Assembly: GCA_036172245.1 (NCBI GenBank)
Contig: JAYWIR010000040.1
Location: 682,001-746,000, forward strand
DNA: 64,000 nucleotides
Origin: Raillietiella orientalis
Lineage: Eukaryota
Direction of reading: 5' to 3'
A program made the translations under genes and the position numbers. Positions 1-12,270 of the stretch are shown here, one piece after another. Every line of letters starts with the position of its first letter. Positions within the stretch are counted from its first letter, which is position 1. The notes under the pieces are model-generated. The model was not told the origin of the DNA. It was given only the letters and a program-made list of their open reading frames with translations, and made no database searches.

Positions 1-301
1 TCTTTCTCTCTCCCAGGAAAATGGATGAGTCTTTCCTCATTGAGTGGAGCTCTTTCTTTCCAGCTTGAGATCAACGTTCGTAAGGATTATCCTGGCAACA
101 GGAAAGTCCTTTCGATATTCCAGGCAGTAAAAACTAAACACTGCCTAGCAGAAACTTCATTAGAAATTTTCATGCACCAACTCTCGTGGAGCGAAATTGC
201 GTCCAGTTGATGGCAGGAGAATGCCCGTGGCACAAATGGTCTCGGACAGGAGAGCAAAAAGAGGTATTCGTGTTCGTCGAAGTAAAGCACAAGCATTCAT
301 T

Positions 302-303
<2 letters not shown>

Positions 304-332
<29 letters not shown>
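304..332. repeat. poly(T) tract
   Basis: About 29 consecutive T. Confidence 0.95.
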
Positions 333-336
<4 letters not shown>

Positions 337-3300
337 TTTGAAAACATTGGTCAGGTCATTTGGCTGCATCCATCGATTCATCATCGTCATCATTATTATC
401 ATTACGCTTTCTTGCAGATTCCGCTGATGATGATTTTCCATCAGGTCTACCTCTCCAAGTAAGAACGCATTTGAAAAATGGTTCCTCCAGGACGGAAGGA
501 AAAGGAAATTTATGCACTTGCGGTAATGAAACGTCTCAAAGGTCTGAACCTCGATGTTTTCACAGGTGTGGATCCCCACTCCCTTCCTGATAAAATCATC
601 TTTTCTGAACCTGCCAGTTTGTCGCTCCCTGCTGCTCCTTCCTCTTCAGAGGGTTCTTGGAAAAGAAGGCCAACGCCGAAGGAAAAAAAACACACACACA
701 CACGCACACCCACTTGCAGCGTGTACGGAACACCCTTTCGAACCGAGAGCTCTCCATCTAAAAATATTTCATTGGTTCGACCTGCAGTTTATTTGATTTC
801 TGCAAGAGGATCCAAGAAACGGCATCCCTTACCGCCAGGCTGCACGTCACGCAATCTGCAGGCACGGATTCTCCCGGGAGGCAGGATTCTGGACCAGCTG
901 ATTTTTTTTTCGAGAAAAATCCAAGTCTTCCGAGCGTGAACCCCGAACAAGAGAAGCAAATAATAATCATAGCAAATAATGAGCCTCTGCTTCTCCAGGG
1001 CAACGAGTGTTTGTCCTGAGAAGCACTTGGCTTGATACTTGATCGCGTCAGAAGAAGCTACCGGAAACCATCTGTGATGCTGTAACCGGCTTGCACTGCA
1101 AATTCCTGCTCTCGCGGGCAGGGCAGATGGTGGCGCCTCTTCAGAAGCCTATCGGACAAGTTTCCAATTGGATCCTGGGGAATACATGGGAACTCGGGAG
1201 TTCGGTTCCCGGATCCATTCGCCAGGACGATTCGTGCAACTCCTGAAATCCGCGAGGCTGAGGGAGGAGGAGTGCACTTCGTGATGAACGACCAGGGAGC
1301 GGAGAGCTCGCGAGAAAGTCACGTGCTTGATTGGGTTTAGAGTTTCCGTCCGGAATGCAGGGAAACGCTGGTCCCATTCAGAATGGAGATCCCGGGCTTC
1401 AGAAGGAGCAGCGGAGGTAACCGAGTGCTTTCTTTGAGCAGATGAGCCACGCATCAGAGGAAATTTCCCTGTGGGGAAATTCAGCTCCCTCCAGGGTTTA
1501 GGCTCTCACTGGTTAAAGTCGGGTGAGGGAGCAAAGAATAAAAGATCGGCCTGTGACACAGAGAAAGTCCGAAGAATAGCTTCCAAAGAGAAGGATGATG
1601 GTCTCTGAGATCTGCCGAAGAAGAGGCAGACAGTAATTCCTAGGGATGAATTATTGGAGACGCACCTGGAGAAAACAAGCTTTCGAGCTTTTCCCCCTAG
1701 GTTGAAGAAGGAAGGTTGGGATGGACTATTCGACGCTAGGAGCCAGGGAATCCAAAAAAAAATCGGAATACGATTCCCAGGACCGAAAGTCCAGGAGCAG
1801 GGATCCGTCCACTAAACCTCGACACTTTTCGGTCTCCAAGGACGCGTTTCCCTGAGTTCAGAGAGAAGAGAAACATCGATTTCTCAAGAGGAGTCACGTT
1901 AAGTACCGGACGTGGATAGCCACTCAGCAAGGAAGACGAAAAAGTGTTTTCGAAAGTGTGCTGTTCAAACAGCCTGAATGCAGGAAACTGTTCTTAGTCG
2001 AAACGGGAGCGAATGCTGTGCAATGCAACGCGACTTTGTCCTCGGAACTTCCGGTTTTCAGAATTTCACCCGAAATTCAACAAGATCCCATCTGGTAACG
2101 TGTGGCGCTCTTTCTCAGAACATTTATTCAGTGCGTTTCTTCTAGGGGAAAATCCATTTTTTCCTTTTGCTTTTCCCCCACGCATTCACATCGACAGATT
2201 TTCACGTTGGTTCGATCCATGTGGTTTGAACATTGCAATACTTCTGCAGGAGAACATTTTCGGCCATTTTGAATTTTCGGCCATTTCGAAAGGATGGGAT
2301 AGGGATGTTCACACCTGAACCAAAGAAGAAGCCATTGGAAAAGCAGCACCTCGGCAGAAGAAGAAGCGTGCTGTCGGCTGTAATGGACGAAGTAGTTTGA
2401 TTTGCAGAATTTTCGAGTTTGGAAGCCCAAAACAAGGGTTATGGTCACTACTGCCTTCTGGTGAGGTTTTCTGTATAGCATGAAAATATGACTCACTGTG
2501 CTTTTCAGAGTTTTGTACACCCATTATCCCAAAGATCCGGATTTTCCATGTTTCCGTTTGGGAAGGAAAATTTCTTCCTAGCATGGTTCTCTTCTCAACG
2601 TCCTGGAAGCTTCCAGTCTCCAGAAATAATCAGAGGCGGAGGAAGGTTAGAGGAAATTACAAGCATCGCCTCTGGCACCATCAACTCCAACGGGAAGAAG
2701 GAAAGAGCATGTTATATAGGTGTGTGCCACCTATCCCGAGCGCTAGTTGGAGACTTTGGGCTCTGCAACTGAGTTTCAATGTCTTCTCGCTGTTACGAAA
2801 GCCTGCAACTTCCCGAAGACCAAACACAGCTCTGACAAAGTTTTGCAAGTACCAGGGATAATTCCCTGACCCACACGGCTGCCTGATCAGGAAAACAACC
2901 CCTTACTATGTAGCTCTTTACAGATAATTAGAGTTAGGGCTCACGATGGATACTTGTTGTCTGACAGAGTTCGGGGCAACTTCTTCGGATGCCAGCCGAT
3001 TTCACGTCCGAATATTCAGTGACGAATGAGAGACCAATGAAGCTGGGAAACTGAAGCACGAGGGTTTGTTCTGCCTGGGGGTTGTGTTGAGAGCTGCCTA
3101 CCTTGAGATTGCGTCTACTTGCTCTCAGCCGGTCCGGGTCAAACCCTAAAACTGGGACTTCTCCTGCTGGTGTGCCTGCCCTTCTGATATACTCCAAGGT
3201 CTCCTTCTGCAGTTTCGGAAAACGGAAGGGGATCGGCATGGAGGCAGTTGGGCGCGCGTATGTCTGTGAAGGTTCTTGAGGGAATTCACCTAGCTCCCGA

Positions 3301-5882
3301 AAAAGACCTCTTCCGAGGAAAGGGGTAATGAAAAAAACAGCTTTAGTTTCCTTCGGTTTCTTTTGCTTCAATCTTGGGGAAGACGGCAAATCGCACTTGT
3401 AAATCGCAATAATTTTTCCGATTTTCTGCTCCATGCTGAGACTTTTCCTTTGAAATTCGCAGCCGCTGTGACGTCAGCGTTGCGACCTTCCTCCCATTTC
3501 TAAAGAACAGCCCTCAGAGGGAGATAATGGCTCGCATCACCATATGAAAAAAACCTGTGCCAAAATGAACCGGCGAAAAAGGAAATTAAGGATAATGTTT
3601 CTTCTGCACTTTGTGTAAAAAAAAAATTCCCAAAGATGCCTTTGTTGTCGAATGAAATGAAAATCTGGTAAGCCTGGAGTACGATGAATAGATTGCTGCC
3701 TGTCATTCACCGTGTCATCACCGACGGCTGGTTTTGCACCTCAGCTGCCTCGCAGTTTAGCGTATAGTACAAGCTTTTCACCGATAATCGGAAATTTTTC
3801 CGCCAGACTGTGCGCGTTTTGCCCGACGCGGACCTGGGGCGCCCCGTCCTCGCCATGAATGATGGCCCCGGAGGTTTACCGCCGTTCCCGGGTCCTGAGG
3901 AAGCCACGGTACGTGCGACCACAGCGTCCGCTGTAGCGAGCACCCCATCATGGCACGGGATCTAGAACGCCTCGGAGCTTGGTTCTCAGCACGCGCTCCA
4001 GGCACGATCCTGTTAGGAATTCAGCAGAATTGAAACACTTCCAAGAAAACATGAGATCAAGTAGAAGCTTGGGAGGGAGGGAGGGAGGGAGAGAAAAAAG
4101 TGGAAACAAAAAGCGCAGAAGAGCGAGGGAGGAGCGAGGAAGGTGAGAATGAATGGATTACCTTTGTCTCTTGTGTAGTTTGACCTAATGCCAATCTCAC
4201 GAAGAGCACTGAAGCGATAACTGTCAACTTTTGCTGGTAGATTACGTAGGTACATCCTCGATTTTTTGGCACACTCTGGCAACCCTCGGATAATCCACAA
4301 TCCGAAGGTTCAGCAGCTTCCATTCAAAACATGGTTCGAAGAACCTCATCGCGATCCTGTTCCGCTCTCGGTTTCCACGGCGCCCCCCGCTCAGACACGC
4401 GTGCAGACGTGTTCCCATTTGGATAATCGTATCCTCGGACCAGGAATGCGCGCCTTTTCGCTTCCTTCCTTTTGCTTTTCTTTCGCGTTCCGTCGAGCCG
4501 CAAGAGATGAGTTGAGCACTGTTTTGCTGAGGGCTGCTGCCAGGAGAGGGATGTTTCACGGTTCGAGGTCGCCTTGAAAATATCTGCTGGTAAAGAGATC
4601 ACCCAAACCAGCTTGTAGAGAACACCCTCGCGTTAAGAAGCGTTCTTAGGAAGCTGGAAGACGATCTACCCAGTGTTTCAAGTTTCTTCATTGCTCGTCA
4701 GCTGGTTGGGCCTTTCTCTGTAGCCCAGCAGGTCCGAAGGTTTCCCGAGTCTTCTCATCAACGACACTGGCGTTTCCTTGTCACTTGGATCGTATGGATC
4801 TTTGCTTTGTGTCCACGAACCGCGTGTCCTTCGACACACAAGCGCAATGCGAAACAAGCTGCGAGGTCCATCTCGCCGAAGCTGAATAGGATCAAATGCT
4901 TTTCAAAAGAAGCCCACTCGAAGGAGTGCGGAGAATTCTGAACATTCATTCTGTGGTCCTGATTTTCGGGGGGATATTCAACTGGAGACGAAACGTATAT
5001 GGAACATTCTTCGTTATTTTCAGACGGGATACTGCGTCACGATTTGCTGCTGGCGCTTTTTTTATCTTCGTTTCGCGATGCCAAAGGAGCTGCGCACAGA
5101 TGCAGCTCCATCGGCAATGGTGCAACCAGTGGAAACCAATCGTTCCGATTGCAAAAGAAATCACTGCTGGGCATCCTCTGTCTTCAACTCAAGGACTTCT
5201 AGCGAACTGATGTCAACATCCTATCCGTCTGCTGATTCCCATTTCCCATTCTTGCGAAGTTGAGATTGAGATTGCATCTCGCCTCTATAGCCCTTCATGC
5301 CTTCCACTCAGGGACTCCTAACTGTGGAACTGGTCTCTTCCTGGTATGAAGTCACAGTAGGAGCTCTCGCATTCCCAGAAGGAATAGCTAGATTCCCTCC
5401 TTAATTTGCAAATTCGTGTTTTTAATCTTAGTCCACACTATCCACGTTTTGGGTGGGGGGGGGGGAAGGATGTCATCTTCGAGACCTAGGAGAATACCGT
5501 TGCCATGGTGCAGTTGTTGGAGATGGTGGCAGGCACTTTTGCAGTCCGAGCTGTTTATGTTTTGATTTTTCTTTGCTTGTGTTCTCCTCTAGGCATATAC
5601 TCTTTTAACCTCTGCGTTTAACTGCATACCACCAGGAGTTTCAAAAGACGGGCGGGTGAGAAAAAACGGAAGGAGACATGGTAAGGGCAAATGACAGAAG
5701 CAAATTTTTGCGACACTGCATCGGTACGACTCCGGTGACTATGTTGAAAATCCTGGATGGTGGCATGGAGATTATTTCTAGGTCACCTCTGTCAAATTCA
5801 CAGTCGGATGAAAGCAGAACAGGAAGAACAGAAACGAAGGAGTGGCCAAAGCGGAAAATGCAAGAAACAGGAAAGGAAAGCA

Positions 5883-5911
5883 ACACACACACACACACAC
5901 ACAAACACACA
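5883..5911. repeat. (CA)n microsatellite
   Basis: Direct reading. Confidence 0.95.
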
Positions 5912-8499
5912 GAAAAAAAAAAGAACTGCCAAAGAAGATCAAGCGAAAAACACAAACAGATGGGCAACACTGGAAATTCCGAGGCTAGATTGAAGAGGCA
6001 GCCAAGTGATCCGAACGTATCGATGCGGAACACAGAGCTCCATTTGCATTTCGGGATGCCTTGTTATGGAGAAATCGGGTGTACTCTGCACTCTGTAGCA
6101 AGGGATTCTCACGTACTCAACGATCCAGAGCAATCTTGGCAAAGCAGGGGCAGAAGAAAGACGTACGTTTTATTTGAGAGGGGCTCCTGAAATGAACCAG
6201 CAACCTGATTACATCGTGTGGTCCAGGGCATCCGATCTTTCAATTCGGTGCAACATTGATCATTGGAGAAAGGTTGCAAGGACGCAAGGAAGCATCAAGG
6301 GTGAGTCCGTCGAAAATTCCAGTCGAGAGCATGGCATCAGAGGACGAATACCGCAGAGATGAGAACCGAGGAGAAATAACAGAGAGATGTTTCGTGCGTT
6401 TAGGCGAAAGCACGGTGGGAGAAAAAGGCAGCAAATCTCGTCGAGAATAGGCAGGGTCTGCAAAAGGGGGAAATCCCCGGTCCCGAGTTTCCCTCGGAGA
6501 GCAGGGCAGGAAGAAAATTCCCCCAGGGAATTTTCAGCACACTGATTCTCCAGTGAGTTCAAGTTCTGATGCGTGCCAAAGACACACCTTCCCTCGCTCA
6601 CAGCAGCCGCTTCTACTCACAATTCGTGCAGACCAGGGAAGCCTAAGGTAGGGGCGTCCAGAACATGCATTTCAAACTGCCTAAAGGGATTTGTGAAATG
6701 GAAGTGATCTTAGAGCTGCGACCCGTGAACTGAGACGAACTTTCAATTTTTTTTTTTTTTCAAACTTCCACAATGAAGTCAAGAAAAAAGAACACACGTA
6801 CACACACATACACACACTGCTGCACTTTCCACGTTTCGATTATCCTATGCGTTCCCACTGCCATGTTTTTTGCTGCCAGGTTTCCAAGACATCATCAAGA
6901 GACAGACTTTTTTTTACTTCGTTCTTTGTAATGGACAAAGGAAAACTTTGAGAGCTTCCTGATTCCATTTTCATGACGTTGCCGAGACAAAAAGGACTAT
7001 CAAACAAGGACAGAAGGAAGACTAGGGCGGGAGAATTTGATTTGGCAGGCTCATTACGCACGGATCGCGTGGTGAAAAGCCTCCTTCCATCTCTAAATGA
7101 CCCGAGGACCGTTCCCAGGGCAGAACACTGAACACTGGAAACACGCAGCGGCAAAGGGGTGCCAGTAGTTTCCAACAAACTGCCCAATTTCCCATAGAGG
7201 TCGATGAATAGAACTCTGAGAGGGTACTCCACTAAGCGTTACGCCGTCTTCCTCCTGAAAGTTGACGCATTGCCGGAAGACGGCGGGAGGCGAGTCTGCT
7301 TTGGACAGATTCTCACGAAGAGAACGTGCGCTGCGTTGTCGCCTGCTTAGGACTGGAAGAGCCTTTCCAGAAATTCCTAGGGTCGCATTCCCGCAACAAA
7401 ATTGGGACTTTTAGTGCCCTCGCAAGTGCTTTTAGGACGACTTCCAGGCTGCTTCGAGGTTGCCACTGGATTCCTCCATAAGTAAAGGAAGAGTTTATTA
7501 GATTTGGATGCAGCTTTTCATTAATTCAGGGCACCAAGCTGTTTCTTTCGTGAACGTTGATTTTGTTTAAACTTTCCTTCGGAGCGCCGTATCCTATGGA
7601 GATGTGAAAAATGAGTTTCCTCGTTCCAAACTTCGAAATCCATGCTCCGGAAACTGGGTAATGAGCAGAGGCTGCAACGAGAATTGATTCCTGTTTTGCT
7701 GAGCTGGAATCAAGCAGTGACGCGAGTTCCTTCGCATCCACGATCCTTTTAGCGGCTATATTTTACTACGATCACTGGTTCCATTTCTCAAGATTCCTCC
7801 CTTCCGGAATCCCAAGGACAGACGTTAAGGGTTACTTTTCCGCCACCCCCCATCATTTTGAAGTCCTTGCGAGTGTAATGTCTGCACCTTTTTTTTTTTT
7901 TGTTTGATCCTGGACTCGAGTGCTGCTACCCCATCGCTTGCAAGTGTACAAGGGGCACTTGGGCATACATCTTTAAGGAGTAGCAGAAGCTCTTCAGTCA
8001 ATGCGTAGTTCTAAAAAGACCCGAGGACTCTTGTAATGTGCAGCGTTCCGTTCTTCCTGAAATGGGAATTCAGAAAGAAACAACAACAAAAAAACAAAAA
8101 CCTTAGGCTTAGTTGCTCTGGGTCGAGTGGGTTCGTCTGCATCCGAATCTGTACCTGCGAGACGCTCGAGGGATTTTTATTTAATCTCATAGAAGCGAAG
8201 GGATTTCTGCCGCAGCTTGCTCTCAGAGCAAAACTGGTACTTCATCAGCGGCGCCGGTGACAGGCAGACAAGAAGCATCGTTGGTGACGAGGAAACAAAG
8301 ACATCAACGACAGTAAGGAGGACATAGCTTCGACAACTTCAAAGAGCTAAAGCCCCGGATCCATTTCAAGAGCAGACATCAAGGAAATGCTTCGCAGACG
8401 GCCTGCCATGCACAAGGTAGCTGGGGCGGTTAATGGGGAGGGCAGCACATTACACAAGAAAGGAGCCATTCTCCTGTGCAGAAAAGGATGTTCCGTCTG

Positions 8500-9000
8500 A
8501 AGCGGTGAACTGAGGACCCTGAGACGATTTATCCTGATGTGCAAGGCCGTGTTGGAGCAGAAACCAAACCCGAGTAGCGTCTCCTCCCGCTGTCGATATC
8601 TGAGATTCCATCGACTCCCAGCGTGATGAGCCTTTGAGAAGCTTTCCGAAACGAGGAAGAGAGGGAAACGCTCCAGGAAAGCGACAGCTGAATTCGAATT
8701 TCCCAACGCTGCTGCTTTGCTTGAGATGACCTCACTGTAGATCCCTCCTCCTCTCTCCCTACTCACCCCGATTCGTCTGACCAGCCTCCAGAAGAGAAAA
8801 AAAAAAAAAAAAAGGGAAACTTCGCCGGGATCTGGGATCTCGCCCGTGTCGTCTGTTGGAAAGCACATCGTCCGGAAGACTTTTGAAAATGCCTCCGAGA
8901 AGAAGCGATCAATTGGTTTGGAAGAAACGGAACTGCGGCTTACTTGTTGCTAAGCAGGAGCTCATTCCCTTGTCTCAGCTTTACAGCCCGTCCGCTTGCT
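8500..9000 (-). mobile_element. Possible non-LTR RT fragment
   Basis: Degenerate PI-SLL..IFK, AVAFLE, RLITLGVDG in RT order. Confidence 0.3.
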
Positions 9001-11031
9001 CAAGAAGAGAAGGAATGCTCACATCCCTGTTTGCGGAAGTGCGCGCACACTGCCCGCTTAGGATTCCACCCTTCCGAGCAACGCAGGAGCTTTCTGTGAG
9101 CGTAAGAGGATTCGGAAAATCACAAGTGGGCTCATGAGACGCGCCGGTGCATGCGGTGATACCGATCTTTGTTCACGATTGGACGCGAGCTGGGTAAAGC
9201 ATCGCAAAAAGTGAGATTCCTTCCTGCCTGTAGGTGGTCCGTCGTCACTGGCTGCCGAGTTGTTTCAAGGCCGGGATACCGTGGCCGCCTTATAATTGCA
9301 GCCGATTGAGTTTCAAAGGTTCGATGGCGGAGCCAGAAACAGAAATCTGTCGAACCGTGACCGCTTTCGCTCCAACTGTTCCCATTCCTTATCTTCATCC
9401 TTCCATCCGCACCCGACGCCTAAAAAGCATACCCCTGAAGAGCAAACCCGCATTCAACTGGGGCGGCGGCCTAGCCCCCTCCGCGGATCACACTTCGCTC
9501 TCGTTTTGTTCAGCGTATTGACTGGCAAAAGAAAGGAAGAAAAATACTCGAGGTGGGAAAGGGGGGTTCGCGGGAAAATGAAATGGGGTACTGTGTTGAA
9601 GTAGAAGTTGCCCACGATGACTTGGTGGCTGGAAGCCGATACGGAGAGCTGAGCTCCTCTCCTAAAGGCTACAGTTTTGCAAGGTAAACAGAATTTGCCG
9701 TTCTCCGGGGAGGCATTGGGGACGTTGAGTCATGCCAATTACTTGGCAAAAATTGGGAACGTGTCCTGTGGAGAGGCACTGAGGAGGTACGCTGGAGATT
9801 TGGGATGAGAGACTTGGCTTCTCCTTGCACGAAGGTGGAAGTGCTTACACCTCTGGTCCTCTTGTTCCTCTGACCTGAGGATGGGCACAACTCCCATCTA
9901 GCAGTGTTGATCCATTCGTAGAAGAAAAGAGATATTCCGTAAGGGCAAAGAGTGGAGTCTCTGTCTTGGTTCCGAGCTTGCAGAGTGTTGTGGAGATCAC
10001 CTTCCTTCCCGCGAGCAGTCACGAAAAAATCACTCCCTACAGCGTTTTTGGCTTGCATTGAGCACCTCAAGGATAAATCTCAGCATCCACATTCAGAAGG
10101 TCCGCACCCCCCCCCCCCCCAGGTAATTTCGCTGCTAGTTAGAGAAAGACTTCTTCAGAGGAAGCATCACAAGGAAGGGCCTGGGTGGAACGTCGAATGT
10201 TATTTGCTGGCCTCTTGAAAGCAGCCGCAGGAGATGGGAGACTGAACGAAACTGGAGGGACTACAAAGCTGAACTTTCCCTCTCTGCAATCCCGGAAATC
10301 GTTCTCCAGTATTCCATAGTTTCAAAGAAATTTCCCTCGCTAAAACCCCTTGTTGGCGCTTGGTTCCCAGCACTCCCCCTGGGATCTAGTTCCCGCCGCC
10401 GTTCCCTGCTTTTTCGGTGGAAGAAGACGCTCTAACATGTAGCGGCGGACATATGGCTTCCTTGTCCTTTCTCGAGAGAGTACAGGGAAAGCAGGGAAGC
10501 GTTTCTCCTCTCCCGAGAACGAGCGAGAGAGAAAATTGAGGAAGTTGGCATCAAGAAGAACGCAGCGGAAATCTTCCAGAGCTCTCCAAGAACGCTCAAG
10601 CAGATCCGAGAAGCGCATCCTGGCGGGGCAAGCCTGCGCTTCCTGACAAGGGGGGACGGAGCTCACATCGGGCGGGGTGTGCCCTCCGACCTCCTGGAAG
10701 GGAAAGTGGCGGCTCCATTCGGCACCTCGAGGAGCTCCAAGTCCCTGCTTTGCCGGCATGCGGCGATGGTATATGGCCAGGTCTTGCTCTCTTGATCTCG
10801 CACGAAAGTGATGCCTTCTTCCATCCCCTCGCGCGGAGTGCTTGTTGCCGGCGGCAGGAGGACGCTTGCAGGACAGTCCAGGACGGCGAGAAACTCACAG
10901 AGAGAGGACAGTAAACGAGTGAAGATGCCGAAAAACAAGAGCGAAGAGAAGAGAGCTATCGATTTGCAGACGCCTCCTCCTTGCAGTGGATCGAGAGATT
11001 AAACTCTCGCAGCCTGCCTTGCATTTGAGCT

Positions 11032-11140
11032 TTTCTGGGATGGTCTCACAAGACACCCCCGCGATCCACTGGGAAGTCCCTCCTTTCAGTTCCTCGGGAA
11101 GGTGATTTTGATAGACAAAAGGCAGGAGGAGGAAGGGAAG
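11032..11140 (+). repeat. ~110 bp direct repeat, second copy at 13813-13921
   Basis: 33 bp identical core ATCCACTGGGAAGTCCCTCCTTTCAGTTCCTCG (11064-11096, 13845-13877). Confidence 0.9.
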
Positions 11141-11189
11141 AGGAAGAAGGGAGGAGGAGGAAAGGCAGACGAGCTTGAGAGGGACCACT

Positions 11190-11700
11190 TTTCCTCACCC
11201 CACAACATGAACGTGGGGAGATGAATGACCTCGTTTTCCCAGCTGGGGTCGGTCAGTCCCTTGGGGTGGAGAGGGGGGATCGCACCTTCCACCCTGGTTG
11301 TCTCCGAAGGGGAACCCAGAAGGGAATCTCCTTCCTCATTCTCTCCGGAGGGAGCACCCCGGAAGGGGGGTGGTCCTCTCCATTTCATCTTTTCCGGAGG
11401 GAACCTGCAAGGGAACAGCTCCCGTTCACTCCTCTGAAGAGAACTCCGAAGGGATGCTTCAGAAATTCAGAAGGGGCGCTGCAGCTTCCCTCAGGGGGAT
11501 TCCTTGCACTCTTCTGGAGTTCTGGCCTCCTTCATGGGCCTTCCGGCTTAAACCACCACCGGTGCTTCGCCCGAATGTCTCCGCCAACCAGTGCCATTGC
11601 AGGAGAAACTCGAAACCCAACGACGCAGTGGCATCAGTTTCTGCCAGAGTATTCGAACCCACGACGCATGGTGCCACGCGCGGAAGCCTTAGCCACAAAG
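11190..11700 (-). mobile_element. tRNA-headed repeat, diverged copy with empty target site
   Basis: Minus strand GTGGCTAAGG...CGTGGCACC...GTGGGTTCGAATAC; body includes the CTCCTCTGAAGAGAACTCCGAAGGGATGC block shared with other copies. Confidence 0.65.
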
Positions 11701-11784
11701 CCTCCGACGCGGACCGAAGTGATGGGTGATCGTGACGCCGAAGATGAAACAGCGCTGTCATGTCGGAGACGAGAAAAAAGGGGT

Positions 11785-12270
11785 TTCTGGGATCGGCTCC
11801 CTAAAAGGCAAGCTCTTTTGCGATAGGCTCCCCTCTCGATCCGTATCTCTTGCCGTTCGCGTGTCCGAAGCGAGGTGGGACTCCGTTGCCACGGAGAGGT
11901 GAGAGAACGGCACCGCCTCGTGTTGTAGGCTGAGGGCTAGGAGAGAGAATGTTAGGCACACGAGAGGGACTAGAACTGGATGATAGAAGGAGAGGATCCT
12001 TTCCGAGTTCCCTTTGGAGAAGAAATAAGGAGTGACCCCCTTAGGGAGGTTCCCTGGGAGACAACCAGGAAGAAGTTTCCCTTCCAAGAGTCAGAGAAGA
12101 ACGGAGTGCACTCGTGAGGCGGTCCTGCCGGAGTTTGCCCCGAGTTCCTCTAGCACGTGCTTCTGGCAGTCCCTGTATCGTGGGGGCATCGTCGAGGGCC
12201 TCCTCCAAGAGCCGGATGGTTCCTGAGACCTTAGCGAACCCGAAAAGGGAGGAATCAAGGAAGAAAAGGG
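11785..12270 (+). mobile_element. tRNA-headed repeat, 3' part without head
   Basis: TTCCCTGGGAGACAACCAGGAAGAAGTTTCC and tail CCTTAGCGAACCCGAAAAGGG match other copies. Confidence 0.55.

Noticed and set aside
1100..3434. L1/Tx1 ORF1 and endonuclease remnant on the minus strand
   Set aside because: FPSFI...RSC..C is suggestive, but there is no intact CCHC or GDFN/SDH motif; too weak to call.
6480..6540. Additional copy of the tRNA-headed repeat body
   Set aside because: Only ~40 bp of loose similarity; not enough by eye.
11430..11470. Hammerhead ribozyme (CTGAAGA...GAAA)
   Set aside because: Stem II closing pair is wrong, and the core is not conserved in other copies (41341, 35400, 47876).
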